Positions 19,605 through 30,861 of a stretch of DNA of 64,000 bases are shown in pieces (position 1 is the first letter of the stretch; each line of letters begins with the position of its first letter). Made by a program: the position numbers and the translations under genes. The DNA is from Amoebophrya sp. A120 (lineage: Eukaryota; Protista; Dinoflagellata), in assembly GCA_905178155.1 (NCBI GenBank), contig CAJINV010000002.1, positions 6,242,476-6,306,475 of the forward strand, read 5' to 3'. The notes below the pieces were generated by a model. The model worked only from the letters and a program-made list of their open reading frames with translations, had not been told where the DNA came from and made no database searches.

Positions 19605-20933
19605 TTATCCATCGATCTTGAGCAGGGCGTCCAGCCTGCCCAATATATCCTTTTCCATGGCGAAGAAGCTCGGGTAGCGCGGCGCCTCCGCGCTGCGAAA
19701 ATTGTCCTGCTTGTCGGCTCGGAGAAAGCTGGACTGCAGGATGCTGTTCGGCCCCCCGTCCGCATCGTCCCCGAAGTCGTCGTCCCTGCCCGGACTGGGA
19801 AACAATTTCCGCCTCTTTTTCACTCTTTCAATGTCGCTGGCCTTCAGCTGCGGCCCCGGGTCGCAGAGTTTCGGCAGTTTGTTGATCCACGCGAAAGGGA
19901 ACTTCTTCTTCGTGGCCTTCTCCGTCAATAGGAATTCTACACACTGCCGCGCGTTGTCCCGCGTTTCGAACTGCAGCTCGCAGTGCACAATTGGTGTATT
20001 TTTAGAAGAAGAAGAAGTTGTCCCCCCTGCCGTCGTCGCTGTTGTAGAGGATGCTGAACTCGACCCTTTGTTCATCTTCCCTGAAGAAAATTCATCGTCG
20101 GCAGCTCCTCCACCTATTGCTTCGTCCACGAAAATCCGCACGGAGCCTTCAAATCCCCGAATTTTCCGATCCTTCTCCAACCCTTCGAAGTCGCTCTGTA
20201 TTCTGCGGATCATCTGTCGCTTGGTCGCGTTGCTGAAAAATTCCTCCTCTCGGATCTCCTCTATTGTCGCCTTCTGCAACGATTCCACTTCCGGAGCGAA
20301 GTTTTTCCGTTTCACCTGCAGTAACACCCTCGCGTCCCGCAAACCCACTTTCGCCTTCTTCACCTGCACATCCAAGTCCTCGCGCAAGTACCTGCGCCGC
20401 TCCTCGTTCTTCTGCTCGATAAACGCCCGGTTTTGCTCGCGGATCTGTGCCAGTTGCGCGGACAACCCACCCGTCTTGGTTCCACTATCCCCGGTTGTAC
20501 CGTGCACGTAGCGGCTCCCCGCGCGAATGAATTCGTCCTCCTTTTGCTTCTGCTTCGCCTTCTCATCCTGCTGCTTCTCCCGCGCGTCCAAATCCCGCGC
20601 CATCTTGCCCCGCGCGTCCTGTTGCTTGGCGAGAAACACTTCCTCCTGCTTTTTCCGATTCATCGCCCGCTCCAGCTCCTGCTTCACGTTTTCGTCCAAG
20701 AGTAAATCCCGGGCCTCCTTGACCTTGATGAACATGGTCGCGTCATTGTTGTCCTGCTTGTCGGGGTGGTATAAGAGGGACAGTTTCTTGTAACTCTTCG
20801 AAATTTCCTTCTCCGTCGCCCCCGGCTTCAGCTGCAGAATCCCGAACACGTCCACCTTCTCGCCATACTTCTCCCGGAACTGCTTCAGTGTCTGCTTCGT
20901 GGAAGCAGCCTGCTCCGGCTTCTTCGGCGCCAT
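19605..20933 (-). CDS. J-domain protein, DNAJC17/Cwc23-like (spliceosome-associated)
   Basis: N-terminal J domain (ILQLKPGATEKEISKSYKKLSLLYHPDK) followed by a coiled coil RGKMARDLDAREK typical of DNAJC17. Confidence 0.75.
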   Translation of the reverse strand: MAPKKPEQAASTKQTLKQFREKYGEKVDVFGILQLKPGATEKEISKSYKKLSLLYHPDKQDNNDATMFIKVKEARDLLLDENVKQELERAMNRKKQEEVFLAKQQDARGKMARDLDAREKQQDEKAKQKQKEDEFIRAGSRYVHGTTGDSGTKTGGLSAQLAQIREQNRAFIEQKNEERRRYLREDLDVQVKKAKVGLRDARVLLQVKRKNFAPEVESLQKATIEEIREEEFFSNATKRQMIRRIQSDFEGLEKDRKIRGFEGSVRIFVDEAIGGGAADDEFSSGKMNKGSSSASSTTATTAGGTTSSSSKNTPIVHCELQFETRDNARQCVEFLLTEKATKKKFPFAWINKLPKLCDPGPQLKASDIERVKKRRKLFPSPGRDDDFGDDADGGPNSILQSSFLRADKQDNFRSAEAPRYPSFFAMEKDILGRLDALLKIDG

Positions 20934-21940
20934 CTTTGCGGTACTTCTACTATACCGTGGAGTTTGTTACTCGACGACGTCTTCGCAGGTTTTGTTTATA
21001 ACAACGTTTGAATGGGAATCTTACTTAGATGACTTTCGACGTTTTCCTTCACTTCTTAGACTTCCACATCCTCTCCTCTGACCTGCTAAACTTGATTTGA
21101 CACGAGTAGACATGATAGTTGGAACTTCACCATAGGTATGAGCAAGCAAAAGCTTTAGGTGCCTTCGATCTGGATCCGGTGACATTCGCCTACTTGATAG
21201 AAAACGACTCATTGTCATTCTTTGTGATCTGCATACTCTGACGTGACCAAGTTATTCCATTCTGGTGCACGACTTTAAGCAGACTGCTTTTGCTTCTTGT
21301 TTGAATTCTAAAAATTTCTTGTCCACCAAGCGAGAAAAATGATCCTTTCTTCCCAGATCAATCGAAAATGCTGACCTCGTATTTTTGCATGAACAGCCAC
21401 ACTTTTACATACTCGAACGTCACTTCTACTTGTCAAAGTCATCGCAGTCCACCGCTCGGTCGCAGCATCTGCGCGAAGACCTTCAGGTCGTATGGATTGT
21501 GAATGTTTCTTCGTTTTGCAAAGTCGAGACAGCAGATGGAGCGATAGTATACCGCAGTCACAAGTTAGACCACCAACCGACCATCCTCCACCACCACCTT
21601 TGAAAATACACATTTAGAGGTACTTTGAAAAATTGCATCATGCACTGAGGACAAGCAAAGAAAAAGAATGGCGATGCATTTTCATTTAGGGGAACGAAGT
21701 AGTTCGTATACGCGAAGAGTTTGCAAAATGAGCGCTCGCAAAATATGTTGAAGAAAAGCACGGCTTCAAAGCCGATAAAACTGTAGATACGCCTATCAGC
21801 ATTTCTGGGTGCGAAGATGAGAAGAAAACAAGGCCTGATCTTGCTATTCCTTCCCATTCCTGATCAATCAATGCGTAAGTGCAAAAAAAAGTTTGAGATG
21901 TACATTAGAAAGCTGGAGCCGACCAGAAAGACCTAAAAGA

Positions 21941-22010
21941 ACTTGTTGCCACAAACCCTGCACCACTTTCATTAAACAAACCCTGCACCACTTGTTGCCA
22001 CAAACCCTGC
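21941..22010. repeat. Short intergenic tandem repeat (acaaaccctgc x3; acttgttgccacaaaccctgc x2)
   Basis: Read directly from the sequence. Confidence 0.7.
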
Positions 22011-22083
22011 CGCAAAAAATGTGTCAATCTCCTTGCTTTTCCGGGGACATCGAGATGAAAAAGCGGTGTGAAAAGTGGCTCGA

Positions 22084-25011
22084 TCAGATGTAAATTTCGC
22101 GCTCGGTCGGAAGCTGCTGCTGGACAAGCACCTCCGGGTCAGGCGTTTTTCCAGCAGTGAAAATCCCATTCCCAGCGACGGCGTTGCTGTGGTCGCGGCC
22201 ATTATCACTTTTGTACACCTCCGGCACAATGAGCTCCCGCTTTGCGGTGACTTCGATCGGTTGGATGTTCCGCTGCAACGCGGTCTGTGGCCTGTAGTAG
22301 TCCGGAATGACGTAGTCTTCTAGAAAAACCTTCATCTCGTCCTGCGTCACGGGTATGGGAAGGAAAAGCCGCGTTCGTGCGACACTGCCATCAGGGATGA
22401 GATAATTTCATAGATCTTGCAGAACTCTAAATAAAATTAGAAATCTGTTCCACCTCGTTGTGCATGAAATGTGAACACACATGATCTACTCCTCGTTGTC
22501 TCTTCTGCAATGCCCAATCTCATACACTTGTTCACGTGCTGAGGGTTTCGGGCTTCGTCCTGTGTGCCCCGACGTACGTAATCTTCAAATTTGTTGACCG
22601 ATTTTCGCGATCGCGATGAAGATCAGCAGAAATCACATGGCAACACGCAGAAGTGTGTGATTTTCCACTACAATAACGTCCATGTGGCCCCTAGGCGTCG
22701 TGCGGAAGTGAACCTTCTTGGCTTCTACTATTGTGCGCAACCCGAAGGTGTCATTGGTGTACCTGGGATGTTTTTTTGGTTTTTTCCCCGAATCAATTAT
22801 TCGACAGCGACATGCACATGAAGGTACACATAAATCTTCATGATCAACGTGCAACGCGAATGAATTACTAGTTAGTCTCTGTGCGAAGATGACTTCTTGA
22901 AAAGAGTCAAACCAGGATTGGTGTGGCATGGTGTAGATGCTGTCGTATGTGTTTCCGTAGAATGCCCACCACTCCGCGTCCCTTGGAAGAATAATGTTGT
23001 CTTCCAAGCCCTTGACGAAGACAAATTTCTTGGTCACGTTGAACTTGCTGTCCACCTTGTGCACGGGCATGTCGTCCCGATCTTCCCCGTTCATCCTCGC
23101 CATTTCACTGTTCTGCCGGTACGTCGGCTCGGATATCTGAATATTTTGAGTCGGTTTATTTTTAAAATACGCTCGCTGTTCTACTTCCCGACCGAGCTGA
23201 CCAGAAATATTTCGCATAAGAGAGAAGTGCCTCCAGGTCCAACCACCCAAGACCAGAAGAAGAACGAGGTCTTCACACAGCAATCAAAGAAATCATCATC
23301 ATCATCATCATCATATTTGTGCTTGTCCTTGATGTTTCTTCATCATCATTTAACTTATGAGTGGACGGGCACCCAGTACTGCTTTATCCGGAATGACCCG
23401 AAAGTCACTCCGCTTGCCAGGTATTTTCCTGGCCTTTGTAGAAAGTGAATATCGAAATAAGTAATTTCCAACACCTGTATGGGGTTCCGGAAGTATCCGC
23501 AGGGCGTGATCCTGTCAACCAACAAGGAACTGTGGCACAGCGTTCCCTATGAAATGTAAAAATGTCTGGGTCTGGAAGAGTGTGAACTTGTCATGCAGGT
23601 TTACCATGACCCTTGAGGTCTGGAATGCGGGGCCTAGCATGGCAGAGTCTGAGAGGTCTCTTTCATGCCTATCCTGCATGAGAAACTCCCTCCTAACTTG
23701 GTCGAAAGTGGGCAGCTTTTGGCACTCATGCAACACAGATTTTTGCATGATTCGGATTTAGCATGACAAGTTGCAACCTTCCAGACCCAGACATTTTTGC
23801 ATTTGATATTCCCGCCAGGTTGCTGATGGGGCGGTAGATTTCCCGGAGCGCTAAGGAGAGCGGGTCCAGCCCCGGGACGGCCCCCTCTCCGCCGAGCACG
23901 CCGTGGAAGGCCATCCAGGTTAACACGGGCGGGTCGTTGAACTTCTGTACGTAACCGCGCAGAATGCCGTTGCCCTGCGAAAAGCCCAAGGCGATGAACC
24001 CCTTCCGCAACTTGGGGTCCTGTCGCACTTTTTTCCGCCATAGGTCGATGCTGGACTTGAAGCCGTAAAACCAGCTCGCGACGTACTGTTGCACCTGCGT
24101 GTCGCCTCCGGTCGAAATGCAGGTCACGTAGGTATTCAGGTAGTTGCGAAGGAACGACTCCAGCTCGATGCGCTGAAACTCGTAACAGGAGGAAGAAATA
24201 CCGTGGGAAATCACGATCTGATAATGTGAATCTTAACACTATTTCCCAACAATCAATTCGTCGTCTTTTACAAATGGCCGCCACAACAAAGCAGTGTAGT
24301 GTAAGTACTCCCCCGCCTCCGCAGTAGATCTACTATCTACGTCAAGAAATGCTAAGCAAAACCTCAAATATTAACCTACAGCAGCAATACTGGCGGAATG
24401 AGTCCCTCCGGAATATTCAACGGGTTCTTCGGCCCTGGCGGGCCCATGTAGGGCAGCGTGAAGTTCTCCCTGGGGATGAGATTTTCGTGAATCCAGTCTA
24501 TCAGTTGTTTTTTCTCCTGCAGCGACCCGTCGACAGAGATGCGTTCCAGGTTTGCTTTCGTTAAAACATCGTTGTTAGCCCATTTTTCTGCTGAAGAAGG
24601 TAGCGATGTCTTCATCTCTGGTGTAGTTGTAACAGCGGGGGCCTGTCGATCGATGGTTTTTAGATCGGATAAATGTGAAACATCTCGCTTTTCTTTCGCA
24701 GCCGCGGTGGAAGGTGAAGATTCAGATTTACTCGCTCGTGCTGTTCTCGTTGCTTTTGATAGCTGGCTCTTTGTTTCTCCGTGTTGCACCACATCCTGCT
24801 CCGCTAGGCCGGCTACGCTGGCACCAGTAGTTGCGAGCTCCGCAGACGCTGGCCCATCTCGTCGTCCACTCGCTTGCGAAGAGGACGCTGCAGTGCTCCT
24901 TGTTTGCAGTGGCTTGAAGAAGTTCTCCCCTGCAACGAGAGTCGCAGCTTCTTGAGACACAAGCAAAAGCGACGAAACACGAAGCGTACGCCGGTGAGGG
25001 AGAAACACCAT
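22084..25011 (-). CDS. Palmitoyl-protein thioesterase (PPT1-like), multi-exon
   Basis: SHGISSSC, catalytic GFSQG, LEDNII (Asp) and DTFGL...RGHM (His). Hydrophobic N-terminus. Exons joined by GT-AG introns and two TAT...ATA introners. Confidence 0.88.
22354..22675. mobile_element. Decayed TAT...ATA introner in the PPT gene
   Basis: Termini tatgggaaggaaaa / ttttccactacaata, flanks acggg and acgtc. Removing the element plus 5 nt gives GHMDVTQDEMK in frame. Confidence 0.55.
23548..23808. mobile_element. Introner/MITE copy A (261 bp), TSD TTCCC
   Basis: TIR tatgaaatgtaaaaatgtctgggtctggaag / cttccagacccagacatttttgcatttgata. Excision plus one TSD gives NLAGTLCHSSLLVDRITPCGYFRNP. Confidence 0.93.
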
Positions 25012-25526
25012 GTTCTTTGTCGGGTGGACGTGAAGCAGATAAATATTCAGACACTCAACATTTCTTCATGTACAGTACCGCATCTAACGTTGTTGCCGCA
25101 TCTAACGTCCTTGCCCCTCATTTGTCAGCCTTCTGCTGCAACAGACTGGCTACAAGTTCCATTCGCCTCTCATCGCTCAAACATTGCCGCCCTTCTTGCA
25201 CATTTCGCAAAAAATGATGCCATTGCATTCCCGTCTAGTATAGCGTGCTTTCTTTTCAAAAGGACTGTGACCACTGAGAATAACAAATTGAAGGAAACAG
25301 ATCGACTTACCCAACATGCCCGGTTCCGTGGACGCCTAATCTGCGAAAGTTCAATACGATCCTGTTTTTCATCCTGTCATCGCCGACACCAGACGCAAAT
25401 CTAACGGCACATTTTCGTTCCGCCTCTGCTCATCCGATGCAGTAAAACACGAAGACGCGGATGAAACACGACTATGTCGTACCAAAACCAAATTGCGTCA
25501 ATCATCATCATCTATATATCCTGCAC

Positions 25527-28500
25527 TTAGGGCGGGGCCCCATAGTAATAATCCACAATAATCGGACTCTCGCTTTCTTTCATCTCGCTTTCTTCTTCGT
25601 AGCCGAAGGCGTCCGACGATTTATTTTTCTCCTTCGTTTCTACACCGGACTCATTCTCGACGATGCCGAAGGTAAAGCACAGCTTCGCAACCCGCTTCGC
25701 GACTCCGCCTACCGGGCTGGTTTCCAGATCTTCCTGGCCATTATTCGCCTCTGCTGCCGCCGAGCTGCAGGATAGTTCCTCCTCGTCCTCCGAGAAGGAG
25801 ATCTGACTGTCGCCCTGGCTCTCCTGCGCACTGTTGGATCGGCTGCCTTTTGCACGTGCCTGCTCGACCTGGTCGGCGTAGTCGTACAGATTGGTGAACG
25901 TGCTTAGATCCGTGCTGACGCCCGGAGTCACTTCCTGCGGGAAAAACCGCCACAAGCGGGAGGGACGGAGCATTACTTCTTGGTGCGCATGCACTTCTTC
26001 CTCACCGTCGTCATAGGAGTGGTACAGCTTACGCGTGAGCGGGTGGTGCGCAAACTTGTAGTTGAAGGCTGGGACGGTGGTCCTCTGTAGTTCTTTTTCA
26101 CCTGCTGTCTTCGTACAAGAAGAACACTGCTCCGAGACGAGCTGGCTCAAAAACTTCCAACGCCACGGATTTTTCGGGAGCGCCATGACCTGCTGTTCAT
26201 TTCGAGCCTCACCCTGCTGCGGCAGCACTCCACCTTCGTGCGGAATGCGGTCGATCCTGGCCAACAAATCGTAGGCAGCAGGAACAAGGAGTGGGCCAGT
26301 GTTAACCGGAGCCGCTCCGATCTCTCCCGGGCGGTCGCGATAGTAACCGAGTCCACACACGTCGAACTTGAAGATGTACCCGGCCTTGCTCCCCTGAAAC
26401 GCATCCGCCGGCAGAAAGCCCTCCTCGTCGTCCCGATCTTCGGCCCCTGCTTCCACTGGAACGTCTGTACTAGCGCCGGTTGCGCGATCTTCTCCTATCG
26501 CGCCCCCCACACCCACTGGAGGTGCACTACTAGTCGCCGATGTTGGACCACGAGCTACTGCTCCAGAAGCGGAGGAGCTCGACGGCGCTTGCTGGCCAGG
26601 AGGAGGAGCTGCAGCTGCAGCGTCGTTGGCGGCCTCGCGCTGTGCGGCGGCCCTCCTTTGTCGGTTTAACTGTGCGGTCGTGCGGAAGGTGCCCTCTCGG
26701 TACTCTCGATCAAAAGACTCGCCCAGCTGTCGCCAAACCACATCGTAGCCCGCGTCTTGCAGCGAGAACCCACACCCGCGCAGCTGCGTGCGCAGCAGGT
26801 GCCACATGCTCTCGTCCCGATTGAAAAAGATCTCCGGAAAAGTCAGGCGGAACCAGTCAATCTTCTTCTCAGCTAGCTTTTCCCGCCGCTCCACGAAGCT
26901 CGCAGTGCTATATAGGAAAAAATTTTTGAAGTACAGGCTCAAAAAGATGGCGGAAGTTGTCCACAAGGTCAAACCATCTTACGTGCTTAGACCATGAAGC
27001 AACAATTCATTTTACTGCATGTCTCACTCTAAGAAAATCTTGATGTTGATGCGCGGCCTGGCAGACTCGCTAATAATCTCTAGTACCGCGAGGCAGCCAG
27101 AAAGGAAGTGTGGACCGCCGAGCTACAGTGGCGGCTTGTCTTCGTCGCAAGTTCCACCCGTTCCTCCCGCAGAAGCAGGAGCTCCAGCCCGGACAAGCTG
27201 AAATCGTCCGGCTCAATAAACATAGCCAAACACTGCGGAGGGAAGATCACTTCTTTGTCGTTTGCGAGGCGACGCCTTCGTGGCCCTCGGTTGTTGGCCT
27301 CATAGCGGGAAAAAAAATCCATCTCCTCCTCGTCAGCATACTCGTGCACAGACCCTTCATCATCATCGTACCGATAATGGTAGCTGTGGTGGTCTTCGTC
27401 TCGCCCAGTCACCGCCTCATTCGCGAGCAGCACATAGCCGGCCAGAGACTTTTTGACCCAGGGTTTTAGTGTGGTTGAGAGGCCTGCACCGGACTTGTCT
27501 GTTTCCGGGTTCGGTACTGCCACACAGGCGTACAGGCGCAAGGGCGCCCGTGTCTGTTTCCGGGAAATGCGGACCTCTCGTTCCCGTCTCTCTTGCAAAT
27601 ACGAGCGACGAGACATGACAGGCTTCCCCTCGCTGCCGGGCTGCCCCCGCTCCACTGGCGGTGGCGTCGCTGAGGCTACCTGCCCGGGTGGGGGAACGCC
27701 GTCGGTCAGCTGAATCAAGAACGCCCGCTCGACACCGTTCGGCACGCACCGCCAACCAAGCGAGCCTCTGACGTGCCCCAGCTCAAACACATCTCCCGTT
27801 CTCATCAGTGTCCGGTCCGCCCTGCGGAGGGTGACGGGATTGCTCGCTATCGTTTTAACATTGGTCGTGGAGTCCTTCGTTTTTTCCAACTTGGAAGTAG
27901 TTCTCTCACTGTTCACTTCCTTCTTGTTCGCATCTTCGGGATTTGCACTGCTGCAGCCATATGGAAGAGCAGAGTCCTTTTTAGGAAGTGCGGCTTTGAG
28001 TCTGCTCAACAAATCAGTACCGCCTACGCGGCCAGCACTCCCACCAAGCAACGTTGATGAAGAAGCTGCGCTGGTGTCTCTCCGCGATACAGCTGCACCC
28101 TGCTCAGCAACACCTCCTACACTAGTTTTCTCCCCGGTACTTCTATCGGTGTCAACACCAAGCAGCGACGGCGCCCCTTGTTCCCTACTGTCATCTTCGT
28201 GTTCCCCTTTTTGCGGCAACACCACCGGATCCAACTTCAAATACCCCACCAGAGAGCGCACAATCGCATCATCCAGCAGCCAGACGCGCAGCAGCGAAGA
28301 AGTAAGGAGACTAGAGACGATGAAGCCGCCGCCGCGCTGCATTACGTCTTTTACCAGAGCAGCCTTGCGGTCGCTTCTTAGATCAAAAACTCTTTCACCT
28401 CGCAGCGACTCTACCACGTGCGCAACGCCCGAGCCCCCGAGATCGCGAAGGCGGTCCTTCTCTCTAGCGTCGAGGATCTCGTAATGTTTGGTGATGACCC

Positions 28501-30238
28501 GATTTGTGATGACGGAAACCCGTGCTGTAATGTAGCTTTTGAAAGTTTTGATTGTACCGAGGGGAATGTCCCAATATTCTTCAATGCTGAGCGGCGTACA
28601 ATTAGTGCTAGCCGCTCCCAGCATGCCGTCCTCGGAAACTGCACGCACCGGCTTCACGTTGTTTGGCCCGTAAGCAGGAATCGGGTGGTAGTTGGAAAAT
28701 TTCGTAATGCGCCGGTTGTCCTGCGGCATGGTCGCGTTACTCGAAATGGTTGAAAAAAGAGCACCCTCCCGGTAGTCGTCTCCACAGCGTAGGTATTTGA
28801 ACACCGCAAGAAGCTTTTCTTCGAGCGCTTGGCGCATAAAATGAAACAGCAACGCATCCACCGTGACCGTTTTCGTTCGCTGCAATTCCGAGGAAAACAT
28901 TTTCACGTCGTTGTACTCTGTGAGGTCTGTCAGTTTCGCTTGTGCGGACGCGCCGTCGTCTCCTGGTGCCCGGCGGTACTTTATGTCGTTGATCAGATGC
29001 AAACATGACCGGTCACGCGCATCCCCGCGACTCTCCACTGGCAGGACCCGCTTCCTATCGCACAGGAGGTCACCTCCGATGGATCGAACCTCCAGAGACA
29101 GGTCCGGAAAGGCTGCGTCGCTCGACGAAAACAGCAGCTCGATGTGCTTTCGGAAACACCGGACCGCATCGTCGCGCATCGCTCTTCCCCTGCTCTGCAC
29201 GAATAATTCAGCAGCTTTCATTTGCTTGTAAACAGGATGACGGTCTTTCTCACTGTAGTGACCATGCTTTTCGCCGACGAAGGACAGCTTCTCGACCTCC
29301 TCGAATTTGGCGAAGGCGCGCGTCTGCGCACGCGAGAACTCCGCGAATTCCGATACGCCCGGTGTCTCAGCCAGTCCCACACTCTTTTGTTCCACAAACT
29401 TGCTGGATGCGGACCGTTTTTCTTCATACACATCCAGGTACTTTTCCGCCGTCGCAATTTGCGTGTCCACCACGAACTGATCCGGACAGAGCCGATAAAA
29501 CTTCGCCTCCGGTTCTGTATTTTTCACTTTATCCTCGGAACAACCACGGCGCTGATCCTGATGTGCCCCTACTGCTTGTTCCGTACCGCTAGCGTCCTGC
29601 ATTTCCACATCTTCAACAGCACTGCCTGTCTCAAGCGCCGCAGCTGTGGCTGGCTTGCCTTTCTCAGCAGGAGGAGCAGACACAGGTCTGTCTACTTTTC
29701 TTCGTTTTGCTGCAGTATCTACAACTTCCGAAACATCTTCGTGGCGTGTCGTCACTTCAGAGCCAGCATCGGCCTTCTCTTCTCCACCGCCTTTTCTACT
29801 TCCATGTTGGTCCTCTTGTTTACCAGCAGTTTCTGCAGCTTCGACCTGTGGCAGCTGCGGCCCCACCACAATCGCCTCCGCGCTATTCTCCTCATCGGCG
29901 TCACCGTCACCGCAGTCGACGTTGGGGTCCTCCTCTTCTGCTTCTTCGTCCTCCTCGGGGTCCTCGTCAGCCGCATCTTCAAATTTAATTAGATGGTCGC
30001 CGTAAAGAACCGTGGTGCGGAATGCCTCTAGGTCAAACTTCGGCAGCTTGGACTCTGCCTTTGCCAGCAGTTCGTCATAAGTGTCGCACTCTTTCAGCGC
30101 AGCAAAGTTGTCCCGCGTGCAGAGTACAGCGCCCTCTTCCCTCAGGCCATCGGGCAGTGACCGCAGGAAACATTCCTCGTCCTGCGTCGCTCCGGTCGGT
30201 GCTTTGCCACAGTCGTGAGCTTTGTCCGCTGCTGCCAT
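25527..30238 (-). CDS. Tandem-array paralogue P1, uncharacterised large protein (2 exons)
   Basis: ORFs 27080-30250 and 25527-26972 carry the family motifs FLRSLP, DQFVVD, EVRSIGGD, WDIP, RGGGFIV, MRTGD, GWRCVP, SGLELL, KKIDWFR and WRFFP. Confidence 0.85.
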
Positions 30239-30655
30239 GATTTTGTGCAATCTAATCAGTACCTATCAGCAGCGAAAAACGTCGACCATATGGCTTTTAG
30301 TGCCCCGCGTTTGAAAATGAAATGTCATGTGGCTCCTTTCTCCTACCTTCTTTGTTTTTCTTAATTCTTTAGAATACGCTGCCGGAAAAATTTATCAAAT
30401 TTCTTGTGCTGGTTTATTCAGTGCAGCTCGGTCGAAAGGATGCTTTTCAAAAAACACATTGGCAACTGGTGGAACAGTGCCCGGGAATAAAAGCAAGGAA
30501 AAGACGAGGCGTGAAGAAACACAAAATATGAACAAAGAGATGAGGATGAACAGATTTTCCGAATGACGCTTTTTTATTTGAGACCGTTGCGGTCTTCGTT
30601 TATCAAACTCTTTTTTTTCTGTTTCTCCATGGCTACACTGATTAGGGATATAAAA

Positions 30656-30834
30656 GATGTATGATTGTGCTTGTGACTGTTCCCTCGCGAAATGAAAGGC
30701 CGCCCACTCTCTGTATCGTGGCGCCGGCCCTCCAGATATGAATCTCAAACTGGATATGAATCATCTACAAAGGAGAAACAAGCTGCTACAGAGATACAAT
30801 TCTCCTACCTAAATCAACAAGTTCTTCCGCACCG
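30656..30834 (-). other. Conserved structured non-coding element, copy 1 (3' of P2)
   Basis: Near-identical to 35209-35393. Contains GGCCG/CCAC...GTGG/CGGCC and AGGAGAA...TTCTCCT hairpins. Confidence 0.75.
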
Positions 30835-30861
30835 CGTCAGCTATCGTGAATAAAAACCACA

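Noticed and set aside
23548-23808. Reading the elements as Tc1/mariner MITEs with a TA TSD
   Set aside because: Removing the element and leaving one TA does not restore the frames. A separate 5-bp duplication lies outside the TA, so TA is part of the terminus.
30656-30834. SECIS or snoRNA interpretation of the conserved 3' element
   Set aside because: No in-frame UGA needing recoding was seen in P2 or P3, and no convincing SECIS core, C/D or H/ACA boxes were conserved in both copies.
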